Shown in pieces: positions 12,401 to 20,698 of a stretch of 64,000 nt of DNA (the first letter of the stretch is position 1; each line of letters opens with the position of its first letter). The translations under genes and the position numbers were made by a program. The notes under the pieces were generated by a model. It was not told the DNA's origin. It saw only the letters and a program-made list of their open reading frames with translations, and did not search any database. Origin of the DNA: an uncultured Rivularia sp. (GTDB lineage: Bacteria > Cyanobacteriota > Cyanobacteriia > Cyanobacteriales > Nostocaceae); NCBI GenBank assembly GCA_963665115.1, contig OY762007.1:1088001-1152000 (forward strand), given 5' to 3'.

Positions 12401-12636
12401 CCGCGATCGATATTGAATTCTTTAAAACTATGAAATAAATTAGAGCCGCGAATTGTACCACCATCAATTCTTTGCAACAATTTGGAGGGATTAACTATAG
12501 AATTTTCTTCTCCCAGAGTATTATCTGGTGTCAATTGTGCATTTACGGGAAATGCTGCTGGAAGTGATAATGTAACTGATAAACCGAATAATATACAATG
12601 GTTCTGGATTAAACCCCAAGGTTGGCGATCGCGCAT
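6472..12636 (-). CDS. Filamentous haemagglutinin-family exoprotein with inserted PPC-like domain
   Basis: Same TPS N-terminus and C-terminus as the neighbour. Internal segment DAKLTLFNQQG...DPYLRYTFTEPGTYLIKV resembles a pre-peptidase C-terminal (PPC) domain. Confidence 0.9.
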   Translation of the reverse strand: MRDRQPWGLIQNHCILFGLSVTLSLPAAFPVNAQLTPDNTLGEENSIVNPSKLLQRIDGGTIRGSNLFHSFKEFNIDRGKSVYFSNPTAIENILTRVTGKNPSNIFGKLGVLGNANLFLLNPNGIIFGKGASLDIYGSFTATTAESILFNNGFEFSATNPSSVPLLKVNLTPGLQYPRNQQADISNQGNLTVGKDLNLIGKNLDLTGELEVGRDLNLQAQNNLKIRDNSNNPFIADAGNNLLLQANQKIDIFALNHHQSGLFSGNDLILQSAAPVLGDARYFSGGSFRIEKLNGSLGDLESPKDPIIRASGDVSFDSYIGASLHILAGGSVKITGDVTITGADGANGLEETVTLSNGESLDINGKNQATLDIRAGTTAFGTPGVIGNGRFSPRNPNTGGSGSSSDIVISGNIRVDSADGLVFLSNQYNPNSSLSSGDIQLAGDIDIRGGSIIIEALGNIQEISSSCCSTIRSNGADINFTSTQGGIIAPILYSSGSNSGDITITAKGDIDVGRIETGDRFSTENSGKINITSTDGNIFIGKLRSEASSKTGDINITAAGDINIPKSGSIFSSSGEGNGNINLTSTEGSINSRDSIQNSTEFGNNGSIILTAAGNIQTADIDSSAGEQGNAGAITITAGGNISTDSLNSESAEGSGGTVKLEANNGINVDSIITSGTQESGDIYLTSLIEPLQLTDSFISANADYNGNAGNISLQAPSIELNQTDITSTAPGSGNSGDISLNSTNLIYLDNSRLLTALEPGSNGKGGNIEIDAQKLQLENFSLIDTGTYSTSNAGNVNVRAEDVSLNNNSSILSLTTDKGNAGNINLQVTNAVDLTNQSKIATAATSSSTGNSGDIDITSNYFSLLGGSQLLALTQGAGISGDINLNVTDTIDIIGIGNDGSLSGVFTSSEGINSGQGGDITIETGIINIADGGVLSAQTFSQSDGGDITVNANTVSVQNGGQILNNTFGVGEAGEIIVNATGNVNIAGVDSEFENRPTASKIDEQKFDVNLYSCDTFLNCLQTLPEKEPNNSINTAQKITKEDFSINTPNIFNQNVEFSTRIPYVSIGASGDNSVDYYAIEIKQAGTRAVFDVDYAGSDYLDAKLTLFNQQGNELTSSDNSSDNLGAGGSWSLDGGLDPYLRYTFTEPGTYLIKVNQADGSGIPTSFNGINYGLQISLETPSIATSTVTSGAASGIFARTEGTGNAGNIEINTPQLNIANGAELTVSSKGNSNAGNLLVDAKIVNINNQAKIATETESGISGNIRFDNLESLQLNQNSQISASTVDGKAGDVIIDAKDINLFDASNITSEATGEGIAGELQITTRQLNIINKSRASVNSKKSAGDLIITADSIILDNQAKLTSETDDGISGDIELRNLNTLLVKGDSLISATTVDGEAGDIIINAKDEVRIETDSTIASGAVGTGIAGFIDITTDKLNISDNSQVTVSTKGSGNAGYVLIKASNVNLNNQAKISATTDNGISGDITLDNLNSLILSNNADISASTVDGKAGNITINSSDKVKIESNSKLESAAIGNGEAGFLEITTNKLTISDNSQATVSSKDSQIPGYILIEAGSVNLNNEAKISATTDNGISGDITLDNLNSLILSNNADISASTVDGKAGFITINASDEVKIESSSKLESAATGNGKAGFLEVTTNKLSFSDKSQATVSSKGSGNAGYLLINANDVNLNNQGTISATTESGNGGDITLDGLNSLKLNNSEISASTVDGTAGNLNINASESIELIGKGGFSVQSSEGGTAGSVTVQTSQFNIKDEAQVTVSSKLGQAGNLEITTENLFINQGTLTAETGIGDGSEGANIMLYIQDLLQMRNNSLISAEAFDTANGGNITINNSQGFIIALPFENSDVTANANQGNGGNIDITTQNIFGLVFREKKTLKSDITASSKFGLNGEVTVDQLNVNPASGLIELPSTLVGTTGIKAGCAASNGNNFIVSGKGGLPQNPDDLFNGETTYTDLFDLVPTEESSSNIRNEFSNVSTDNQTNQIVEATGWVVDDEGDVIFVAKMPENNSQSSMLSSVDCERFSAVGEYQRR

Positions 12637-12769
12637 TTATTTTCTCTGAAAACTCTTTTACTAGCTTATTCACCTATTAGGGTGATATTTATAGAGTTCC
12701 CAGATGTAAAGATAAACTAACATAAGGGAATAGAGAGCAAGCAATGGGAACAAGCCTTTTGACGCAAAC

Positions 12770-12807
12770 AATCATCCCAAGATAAAAATAATTACCTTGG
12801 GATGATT
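12770..12807. terminator. Inverted repeat / terminator downstream of small ORF
   Basis: Perfect 12-bp stem aatcatcccaag...cttgggatgatt. Confidence 0.55.
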
Positions 12808-12859
12808 AGAAAACTATAAATTTAGAAATAAGTCAAATGCATCAAGTAGTCATTTGCTA

Positions 12860-13015
12860 TTACAAACATCCATATTTATCGTCACATTTGATTAGCTCGG
12901 ATGAAGATTGAGAACTGACAGATTCTCCTGCTGAATTATTTTGAGCGCTGGCTACATTTGGCATTAAGAGTAGCATGGATACGCCCACTAAAATTGATAG
13001 TTTAATTTCTTTCAT
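12860..13015 (-). CDS. 51-aa putative secreted peptide (not in ORF track)
   Basis: MKEIKLSILVGVSMLLLMPNVASA-QNNSAGESVSSQSSSELIKCDDKYGCL*. Upstream AAGGA ribosome-binding site, Sec signal with ASA cleavage site, downstream hairpin. Confidence 0.65.
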   Translation of the reverse strand: MKEIKLSILVGVSMLLLMPNVASAQNNSAGESVSSQSSSELIKCDDKYGCL

Positions 13016-13496
13016 TGTAATTTCCTTCTTTTTAAAGTTTTTTAATAGGACTCTTAAAAATCAGATATATAGTTAATGATTTCAATAAATGTTTCAGCCC
13101 TATTATTTTATTTTTATAACACTATTATTTTCTAATGAGTGTTGAACTCGCTTATTTATTTCAAATAAAGCCTAAATTTTAACTAAGGTTTATCAGCATT
13201 ATAAATAATCTAAGACAAAGACTATTACAAGTAATTTTAAAACCGAAATAATACTTAAATTATACTTTTAAATTTTAATTACATCTAGATATTTTCTCCC
13301 GATCATTGTCGAAAAATTGAGTTAAATAAAATAGCAATTATAAGTAATTAAACGGATATTTGCTTGATGCGTTGCAGCATTTCGTGAAGATATTCAGATT
13401 TTACTTCTAATTGAATTGTATTTATTTCTTGCATAAAACCTCTCTAAAACTAAAATACTTCTTATGTTATTTTTATTTCATTAATTAAAACAATTC

Positions 13497-13592
13497 GTAG
13501 GTTGGGTTAGACACGAAAGTAAATTGCTTGATGATGAGTAAATTAATTTATCGTGTCGTAGCCCAACATCGGTATTTTAGGAAAACGGTCGA
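13497..13592. repeat. REP-like palindromic element (GTAGGTTGGGTTA...CCCAAC)
   Basis: Imperfect hairpin with GTAG end; homologous pieces at 15419-15452, 16037-16098 and an inverted copy at about 16146-16214. Confidence 0.7.
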
Positions 13593-13593
13593 G

Positions 13594-14328
13594 TTATATT
13601 TCCTGCAATATCCAATCTAAACCACCACATCTACCATATTTTTCATATATAGTTTTTAGAATTTCTTTTGTTTCTGCTTTAGTACAATTTTTGAAGTCAG
13701 TCTCAGCAATTTCTATCCAAGATAGCAACATATCTGTAAGACTTAGCCATTCAATTTTAGGTATGAATTCGCTATCAAAAAGCATAATAACAGGTGAGTT
13801 TTTCTGCTATTTTTCACTACCAATTACAGCTAATAACATATCTTCAAATATAGAAATCGGAAACCATTTTGGATTAATATCATGCCCATACTTTTCTCTA
13901 CATTCATTGAACGCTTGATATATCCTCATTGATTCTCTTAAACCAATCAAAGGAATTTCATAATTAGGAAATACAAAATAATATTTATATATATTGAAAT
14001 CATTTTCTGGAGGATGATTTAAACCAATAGGAAGTAAACCATTACCTCTTTGATATAGCTCATACATTTCTACAGGAAGCTCGAATGGGTAATCTTTTGT
14101 TATCTCATTAATTTGTTCAATAGTTAATGTTGGAGGTGAATTTGATAATTCTTTCTGTAATTCTAATTCATATTCTTTACCAACTTCTCTAAATTCGTCG
14201 ATATTTCTAAATGAAATATAACCGTTATTCGGCGCAACTGCTGCTAATGTAAAGTCATATAAAGAACGTTGGGATTTTCGTTGTGCATAAATTGCAATTC
14301 TATCAATTGCTTCTGTCATCAAAGACAT
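13594..14328 (-). pseudogene. SMI1/KNR4-family (immunity-like) protein with in-frame TAG
   Basis: LTIEQINEITKDYPFELPVEMYELYQRGNG motif. TAG at 13807-13809 is followed in the same frame by QKNSPVI-MLFDSEF... (ORF 13594..13785). Confidence 0.65.
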
Positions 14329-14371
14329 AATATTTTATTTTTATAAAGTAAATATATTGTAGGGTTAATTT

Positions 14372-14596
14372 TTATTCGACTTCAAAAAGAGTACGAGGAA
14401 GCCCTGATTGACGGATAATAGAACGTAAAGTACCCGTTTTTAATTCATCGTAATTTGGTACAGGAATACTTGTAGTTGAGTCTTCGGTTTTGAATTGCAT
14501 GATAATATGGCTACCGCGTTGACGTACTTGGATAAAGCCATTTTGTTCGAGGATTTTACAAACTTCTTTAGCAGAAAGAACGCGCAATTTACCCAA
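14372..14596 (-). CDS. hicA: HicA-family toxin
   Basis: 74 aa with RQRGSHIIM and IPVP..ELKTGTLRSIIRQ motifs; overlaps hicB. Confidence 0.9.
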   Translation of the reverse strand: MGKLRVLSAKEVCKILEQNGFIQVRQRGSHIIMQFKTEDSTTSIPVPNYDELKTGTLRSIIRQSGLPRTLFEVE

Positions 14597-14816
14597 TGCT
14601 CACCTCTAAGCGCGTTACAAATACTTCTGTATGTAATCTGTCTTCAATTTCAGATGGAGATGCAACTTCAAAAAATAGTTCTACTGCTTCGACTAAATTA
14701 TCCCTTGCTTCTTCAATTGTTTTACCTTGACTAGCAATATCTAATTCCGGACAAAGTGCTACATACCAATCGTCTTCAGGGTTGATAATTGCTGTTAGCT
14801 GTTTTTTTTGTTTCAT
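14589..14816 (-). CDS. hicB: HicB-family antitoxin
   Basis: YVALCPELDIASQGKTIEEARDNLVEAVELF motif. ATG at 14816 preferred over 14843. Confidence 0.9.
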   Translation of the reverse strand: MKQKKQLTAIINPEDDWYVALCPELDIASQGKTIEEARDNLVEAVELFFEVASPSEIEDRLHTEVFVTRLEVSIG

Positions 14817-14839
14817 ACTTGTTCTCTTCATGTAGTGAT

Positions 14840-15112
14840 TCACAACCTTTGAAGTAACTCGTCATATTTATCATGCGAGCCAATCCAAAACCAGTAAATA
14901 TGTTCGTCTGACTCTAACAAACCTAAAACACGATAATTAAGACTGATACGAGCAGAATAAATCGGTTGTTGCTGGCTTACTCGTTTAAACTGTAGGCTAT
15001 TATGATAAGGGTCTTCACGCCATAATTCATAAGCTTTTTCAGCTTGCTGTTGTACTGACTCAGGTAGTTTATCAAGCTGCTTACGGAAACTTTTAGTTAC
15101 ACTTGATTTCAT
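14840..15112 (-). CDS. RelE/ParE-superfamily toxin
   Basis: 90 aa, FRKQLDKLP...SLQFKRV...YSARISLNYRVLG...WFWIGSHDKYD. Confidence 0.75.
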   Translation of the reverse strand: MKSSVTKSFRKQLDKLPESVQQQAEKAYELWREDPYHNSLQFKRVSQQQPIYSARISLNYRVLGLLESDEHIYWFWIGSHDKYDELLQRL

Positions 15113-15115
15113 CGT

Positions 15116-15340
15116 TTAACTTGGAAAGACATCATCAAGTGGAGAAGTTTCACCATCTGCTATTTCCTGTCTTACCATTTGCGCTAATTTATCCCATTGC
15201 TTATTAGTAGTTGCTGCAAAGCGCTTTTCCCAAGCTTGCTCATCTTTTAGTTCCGTAAGAAGACGAGTTGCGATCGCATCTTGTTGTTCATCTGGGAGTT
15301 TTTCGATTTCTGCAACAACTTGGCGAAGTAGTTCAGTCAT
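15116..15340 (-). CDS. Putative cognate antitoxin
   Basis: 74-aa acidic protein 3 bp upstream of the RelE-like gene. Confidence 0.65.
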   Translation of the reverse strand: MTELLRQVVAEIEKLPDEQQDAIATRLLTELKDEQAWEKRFAATTNKQWDKLAQMVRQEIADGETSPLDDVFPS

Positions 15341-15486
15341 TTTGTAGAAGGTTCTGTATTAAATTGACTTTCCGAATAATTTTATTTTAATGCAGCGCTG
15401 GTTGATTATGATTAGCAGTTAGGTTGGGTTAGACATGAAAATAAAATGTTGAAATCGCGAATAACGAATCGATACATTATTTCATG

Positions 15487-16035
15487 TTATCGTCTTGCAA
15501 CCCATAATTCAGAAGTATTTAAAATACTGCGATTAAATTTAACACCAATTTCGCCATTAGAAGCAGTTGAAACTGCTTGACTATCTATTTTAATTTCCAT
15601 AATTTTAATTCCTGAATAAACTCCATCATCACAGACAATAATTTTCGCTCCCTTATGTAGAGTAATATTCTCAATTTGTAGTATGGCAACTGTTCCCTTG
15701 TGATGAATTTCTTGCGGAAATCCTATCCTATCTGCATTCGAGGGTTGAAACCTTACAAGTCCATGTTGCAACAAAGCTTTTCTTGTATCTTCTTTTGTAA
15801 CAAAACGTGCTTCGATATTACGATAGAGCTTAAACAAACAATATGTAGTTAATAAACCTCTCTTTTCGTTTTTGGCATCAGTAATTCGTTGTTCGCTAAA
15901 AGGAGGATTTTTTCTCGCTTTAGGTAGTAAATATCGTTGATGATTGACTAAATATAAAGCAGAAACATCAAAACTTCCTCGTTGTTCTGCTCTTCTGAAC
16001 TTAATCGTGTTGATCTGTGAACAATCACTATTTTT
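15487..16035 (-). pseudogene. 5'-truncated gene fragment of unknown function
   Basis: The frame stays open upstream of TTG 15837 (SDCSQINTIKFRRAEQRG...VNHQRYL...PPFSE...RGLLTTY) with no ATG, then runs into a palindrome half. Confidence 0.55.
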
Positions 16036-16370
16036 AGATGATGAGAAAATTAGTTTATCGTATCGTAACCCAACATCGATGTTTTGGAAGACGACCGATA
16101 TTGTACTGTTAATTTAAGATGCGTAATTATTCACAAACTATAATATTGGGTTACGACGGAATTCAATTATTTGCGTTTATGCTTAATATTATTTATTCGC
16201 CTAACCCAACCTACAAATACAAATAATTTCAAGTAGTGCGTTAGCTTAGCGTGTCTGAAAGACAAGCTTCTAGCTCGCTTGAGAAAAGTAACGGGCAAAG
16301 TTTTAATAATTCCCAAGCGGGCAAATACGAAAAATTCCCCAAGCGGGCAAGATGCCCGCACTACAACCAA

Positions 16371-19013
16371 TCAACCCAAACTAGCTTTCAAATCACCTTT
16401 GGCTTTCTCCAATGCTTCGGGTAATTTACTCGCATCTCTTCCCCCGGCTTGAGCTAAATTAGGTCTTCCACCTCCACCTCCACCGCACATTTTGGCAACT
16501 GCTCCAATAAATTTACCTGCCTGCACGCCTTTTTTGTTAATATCTGCACCGAATGCTGCTACTAAGCTGACTTTTCCGTCGTCAATTGCGGAACCCAAAA
16601 CCACTGCTGCGTTATTACCGATTTTCTGCTGCAATCTTTCGGCTGCTGTTTTCAAGGATTCTGCGTCAACTCCTTCCATTTTGGCAACCAGATATTTATA
16701 TTCTCCTACCGATTCAGCGGTTTCTAATAAACTATCGGATTTAGCGATCGCCATTTGTCCTTTTATCTTCTCAATTTCTTTCTGCGCGTTTCTAAGTTCG
16801 GTTTGCAGTGTAGTTATTCTATCGGTGATTTCTTCTGGTTTTACTTTGAACCTTTCGCTCAAATCTTTGACTACATTATCCCTAACGTTGAGATAATCTA
16901 ATATTGCGGGACCGGAAACGGCTTCAATCCTTCTCACACCTGAAGAAATCCCAGCTTCGGAGATGATCTTAAAAATTCCTATCTCCGCAGTATTACTTAC
17001 GTGTGTCCCACCGCAAAGTTCCATTGATACGCCTTGAAAGTCGATTACTCGCACTTCCTCGCCGTATTTTTCGCCGAACATTGCCACCGCTCCTCTAGCT
17101 TTTGCTTCTGCTAATGGTAAAACTTCAAGTTTGGCAGCATGAGCTTCTGCTATCCAGTTATTAACTTGTGATTCAACAGAAAGTACTTCTTCCGGTGTCA
17201 TGTTGCGGGGACAGTTGAAGTCGAAGCGCAATCTATCGAAGTTAACTAAGGAACCTGCTTGAGATATGCTGTCATCGACAATTTTTTTCAACGCTGCTTG
17301 TAACAGGTGAGTTGCGGTGTGGTTGGCTTGAGCGCGACGACGACAAGCGCGGTCGATTTGAGCGGTAACTAAATCTCCTACTCGGATTGTACCGCGTTCG
17401 ATGCGTCCGAAGTGAACAAAAAAGTCGGATTCTTTTTTCACGTCTTCAATTCTGACCACAATTCCATCACCGCTGATGTAACCTCTATCCCCAATTTGTC
17501 CCCCAGATTCAGCGTAAAACGGGGTTTTGTTGAGAACTATCTGTACGTCGGTTCCGGCTTCTGCTGCTTCTGTTGAAATCCCTTCTACTAATATTGCTTC
17601 AATTTTTGATGTTGCTGTGGGTTCGGTATAGCCAACAAATTCAGTGACTTCGATATTTTCTGCTAATTTATCAAGTTCGCCTTGAACGGTTAAATCGATG
17701 GTTTGGTGTGCGCCTTTAGAACCTTTTATTTGCACCTGCATTCTCTTGTTGAAACCGTCAACGTCAACCGTTAAACCTTCTTCGGCTGCAATTTCTTGGG
17801 TTAATTCTAAGGGGAAACCATGAGTATCGTATAAAGTAAAAGCGTCATCACCGCTAATAACAGTTTTATTTTCCTGCTTTAATTTAGCAATAACTTCTTC
17901 AAGCAGTTTCTCTCCACGCTCCAAAGTTGTGAGAAATTGAGACTCTTCTCGCTGTAATTCTGCTTTGATTGCGTCTTCCCTTTCCCTAACTCTGGGATAA
18001 GCACCTTCGGAAAGAGCGATCGCCGTTTCTGCAACCTGAGTAGTAAATTCCCCTTCAATGCCAATCAATCTGCCGTGACGCACTACCCGACGAATCAACC
18101 GACGCAATACATAACCTCTTCCTACGTTAGAAGCGCGGATTTCATCAGATATCATATGTACCACAGCGCGAATGTGGTCGCCAATGACTTTTAAAGAAGT
18201 TTTGGCTTTTTCGTCACTTTTACTGTAGTCAATTCCGGCAATTTCACCAGCTTTGGCAATAATTGGGAAAATTAAATCGGTTTCATAATTATTAGGAACC
18301 TGTTGGAGAATTTGAGCCATTCTTTCCAAACCCATCCCGGTATCAATATTTTTATTCGCGAGAGGGGTTAAATTACCATCAGCATCGCGGTTGTATTGCA
18401 TGAATACCAAATTATAAAACTCGATAAACCTGGTATCATCTTCCAAATCTATATTTTCATTGCCGCGTTCTGGGTGAAAATCGTAGAAAATCTCCGAACA
18501 TGGCCCACAAGGTCCCGTAGCTCCAGAAGCCCAGAAGTTATCTTCATCTAATCGTAAAATTCTAGCTTCCGGTACGCCAATTTTATCTCTCCAGATAGCA
18601 TAAGCTTCGTCATCTTCGTGATAAACGCTAACCGCAAGTCTTTCGGGGGGTAAATTAAAAACTTTTGTAGAAATTTCCCAACCCCAATTTATCGCTTGCT
18701 CCTTAAAATAGTCCCCAAAGCTGAAATTACCCAACATCTCAAAAAACGTGTGATGTCGCTTGGTAACTCCGACATTTTCAATATCGTTAGTCCGAACGCA
18801 CTTTTGAGAAGTGGTAGCGCGGTTAAATTCCGGGGTGCGCTGTCCGAGAAATATCGGCTTAAACGGCAGCATCCCCGCGATTGTCAGCAAAACCGTAGGA
18901 TCTTCCGGTACCAGAGAAGCACTAGGAAGCGGTTGATGTTCCCGTTGCGCGTAAAAGTCGATGAATTTTTGCCGGATTTCGTTACCGCCGAGATGTTGGG
19001 GATTTACAGACAT
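16371..19013 (-). CDS. alaS: Alanine--tRNA ligase
   Basis: 880 aa; RHHTFFEMLGNFSFGDYFK, HTATHLL, ELCGGTHV and GGGGGRPNLAQAGG motifs. Confidence 0.99.
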   Translation of the reverse strand: MSVNPQHLGGNEIRQKFIDFYAQREHQPLPSASLVPEDPTVLLTIAGMLPFKPIFLGQRTPEFNRATTSQKCVRTNDIENVGVTKRHHTFFEMLGNFSFGDYFKEQAINWGWEISTKVFNLPPERLAVSVYHEDDEAYAIWRDKIGVPEARILRLDEDNFWASGATGPCGPCSEIFYDFHPERGNENIDLEDDTRFIEFYNLVFMQYNRDADGNLTPLANKNIDTGMGLERMAQILQQVPNNYETDLIFPIIAKAGEIAGIDYSKSDEKAKTSLKVIGDHIRAVVHMISDEIRASNVGRGYVLRRLIRRVVRHGRLIGIEGEFTTQVAETAIALSEGAYPRVREREDAIKAELQREESQFLTTLERGEKLLEEVIAKLKQENKTVISGDDAFTLYDTHGFPLELTQEIAAEEGLTVDVDGFNKRMQVQIKGSKGAHQTIDLTVQGELDKLAENIEVTEFVGYTEPTATSKIEAILVEGISTEAAEAGTDVQIVLNKTPFYAESGGQIGDRGYISGDGIVVRIEDVKKESDFFVHFGRIERGTIRVGDLVTAQIDRACRRRAQANHTATHLLQAALKKIVDDSISQAGSLVNFDRLRFDFNCPRNMTPEEVLSVESQVNNWIAEAHAAKLEVLPLAEAKARGAVAMFGEKYGEEVRVIDFQGVSMELCGGTHVSNTAEIGIFKIISEAGISSGVRRIEAVSGPAILDYLNVRDNVVKDLSERFKVKPEEITDRITTLQTELRNAQKEIEKIKGQMAIAKSDSLLETAESVGEYKYLVAKMEGVDAESLKTAAERLQQKIGNNAAVVLGSAIDDGKVSLVAAFGADINKKGVQAGKFIGAVAKMCGGGGGGRPNLAQAGGRDASKLPEALEKAKGDLKASLG

Positions 19014-19185
19014 GGGGCTAAGCCTTGATTAACGTTAACTCGAATTAAAACTATAAAATACCAAAAAAATCATGTATAGGGAGTGGGAATTGGAGAGGGG
19101 GGAGAGAAGCCACTTGCGTGCGGAGGTTCCCTCCGTTGAGCAAAGTGGCGTGGGGTAGATGGGGAGGCAAGGGGACAAGGGGACA

Positions 19186-19338
19186 TTATTAAAGTAGTGA
19201 GTAGTGAGTAGTGAGTAATAAGTGGCGAGTAAAAATAGATGTAGTTAGCAGCGGCATTTATCCGAATAATAGTAAAAAGCGATCTACTTGCTACTCTCTA
19301 CTCTCTACTTGCTACTCACTACTCCTAACTCCTAACTA
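19186..19338. repeat. Composite STRR element (heptamer arms flanking a conserved core)
   Basis: ATTATTAAAGTAG end, then (AGTAGTG)n, core, then (CTACTTG/CTACTCT)n. Copies at about 24303-24488 (inverted) and 34512-34860. Confidence 0.75.
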
Positions 19339-19470
19339 TTTCCAATGCCCAATCCCCCATCCCCAATTACCAATTACCAATCTTATTTCTTTAGGATATG
19401 CTTTTTTTCTTTAAGAATAGGTAAAATTCAAGGAGAACAATCAAGTGAAATCTAGAGAGTGAGATAGTTT

Positions 19471-19674
19471 ATGGCGCTCAAATTAAAAGTTAGTAATATG
19501 AAGTGCGACGATTGCGCTGGCAAGATTAGCGAAGCGATTAAGGTTATGGAGCCTAATGCCAAAGTTGAAGCGGATGTGGATTCCAAAACCGTTACCGTTG
19601 ACTCCGGCGCTTCTGACGAAACGATTAAGCAGGCGATCGTTGCTGCTGGCTATCACGTTGAAGGTTATCAGTAA
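19471..19674 (+). CDS. Heavy-metal-associated (CopZ/Atx1-like) metallochaperone
   Basis: 67 aa, MKCDDC (MxCxxC) motif, ends IVAAGY. Confidence 0.88.
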   Translation: MALKLKVSNMKCDDCAGKISEAIKVMEPNAKVEADVDSKTVTVDSGASDETIKQAIVAAGYHVEGYQ

Positions 19675-20698
19675 ACCCGTCAGCCTTTCTTGTGAGTTGA
19701 GTGTTGCACGACAAGTAAATTTTGGTTTTTAAACTCCCCCTATGGATAGGGCATTAAAGTCAAGTTTTATTTATACAACTTACGCCACAAGATATTAGGA
19801 GTCCGGTTTCTATATAGGTCGCTAATCCTAAAAATGCGATTCTTAAAGAAACCGGGCTTCTTTGTATTAAGAATTAAATCGAGTTCTATCTGCTTATAAC
19901 GTATATTTGCTTAAGTAAATTCCGCATCCTCTAAGCATTACTTAAGTAAATATACGCGCGAAAAAAACAATTTATCTGAGATTAATTTAAATTTTTGATT
20001 CACTTAAAAAAAATACAATATTCTCAAGCCATTTTTTTTATCCTTAAAGCCAAACTTTAGAAAAATCTTAAAACTTCCCCCTTCCGGTGGACTCATAGGT
20101 TATCAATTGATATCGAAAAATATCAAAATGTCTTCAATAATAGTCGTTAGTAACCAGAAATAATACTGAGAAAACATTTATTGCCGGTACTTTTATGGCT
20201 ACTACGCTATCTATATATTTGGATAAGTATTCAAAACGACTTACTTGGTGGAAATCACTGCTATATTTAAAGACTCCTTTATATGATTCCGTATTTACAC
20301 TGTTTGAAATATATGCTTTTAAGCAGAAATTAGGTATCAGGAATATTAGTTTTAGAAATTGTAGTTAAAGATGCAGATGCAATAAAAAAAAGGAGATTAC
20401 TTTGAGTTTGTTCGCTAAGTTAACAGGATGGAAGCAAGGTGTGGGGTCTCACCCCCTTGGCACGAATACATATATAACGAGTAAAAATTAGAAGCTTCAG
20501 TATATTTCATTGAAGTTTTACCCTATCTTCTTTTGTATCACTTTTGGAAAACACAAGCCTGCGGAAATACAGTAAATTTAATTGACTTAAAATTTAAAAT
20601 TTTATTTATTAAAGGAAAGTATTGTTTGTACCGTTGAACTTTTCCAGGCTGATAGAAGAAGATAACTAAGTTAAAAAAAATAAGCGAAGAAAAAAACC

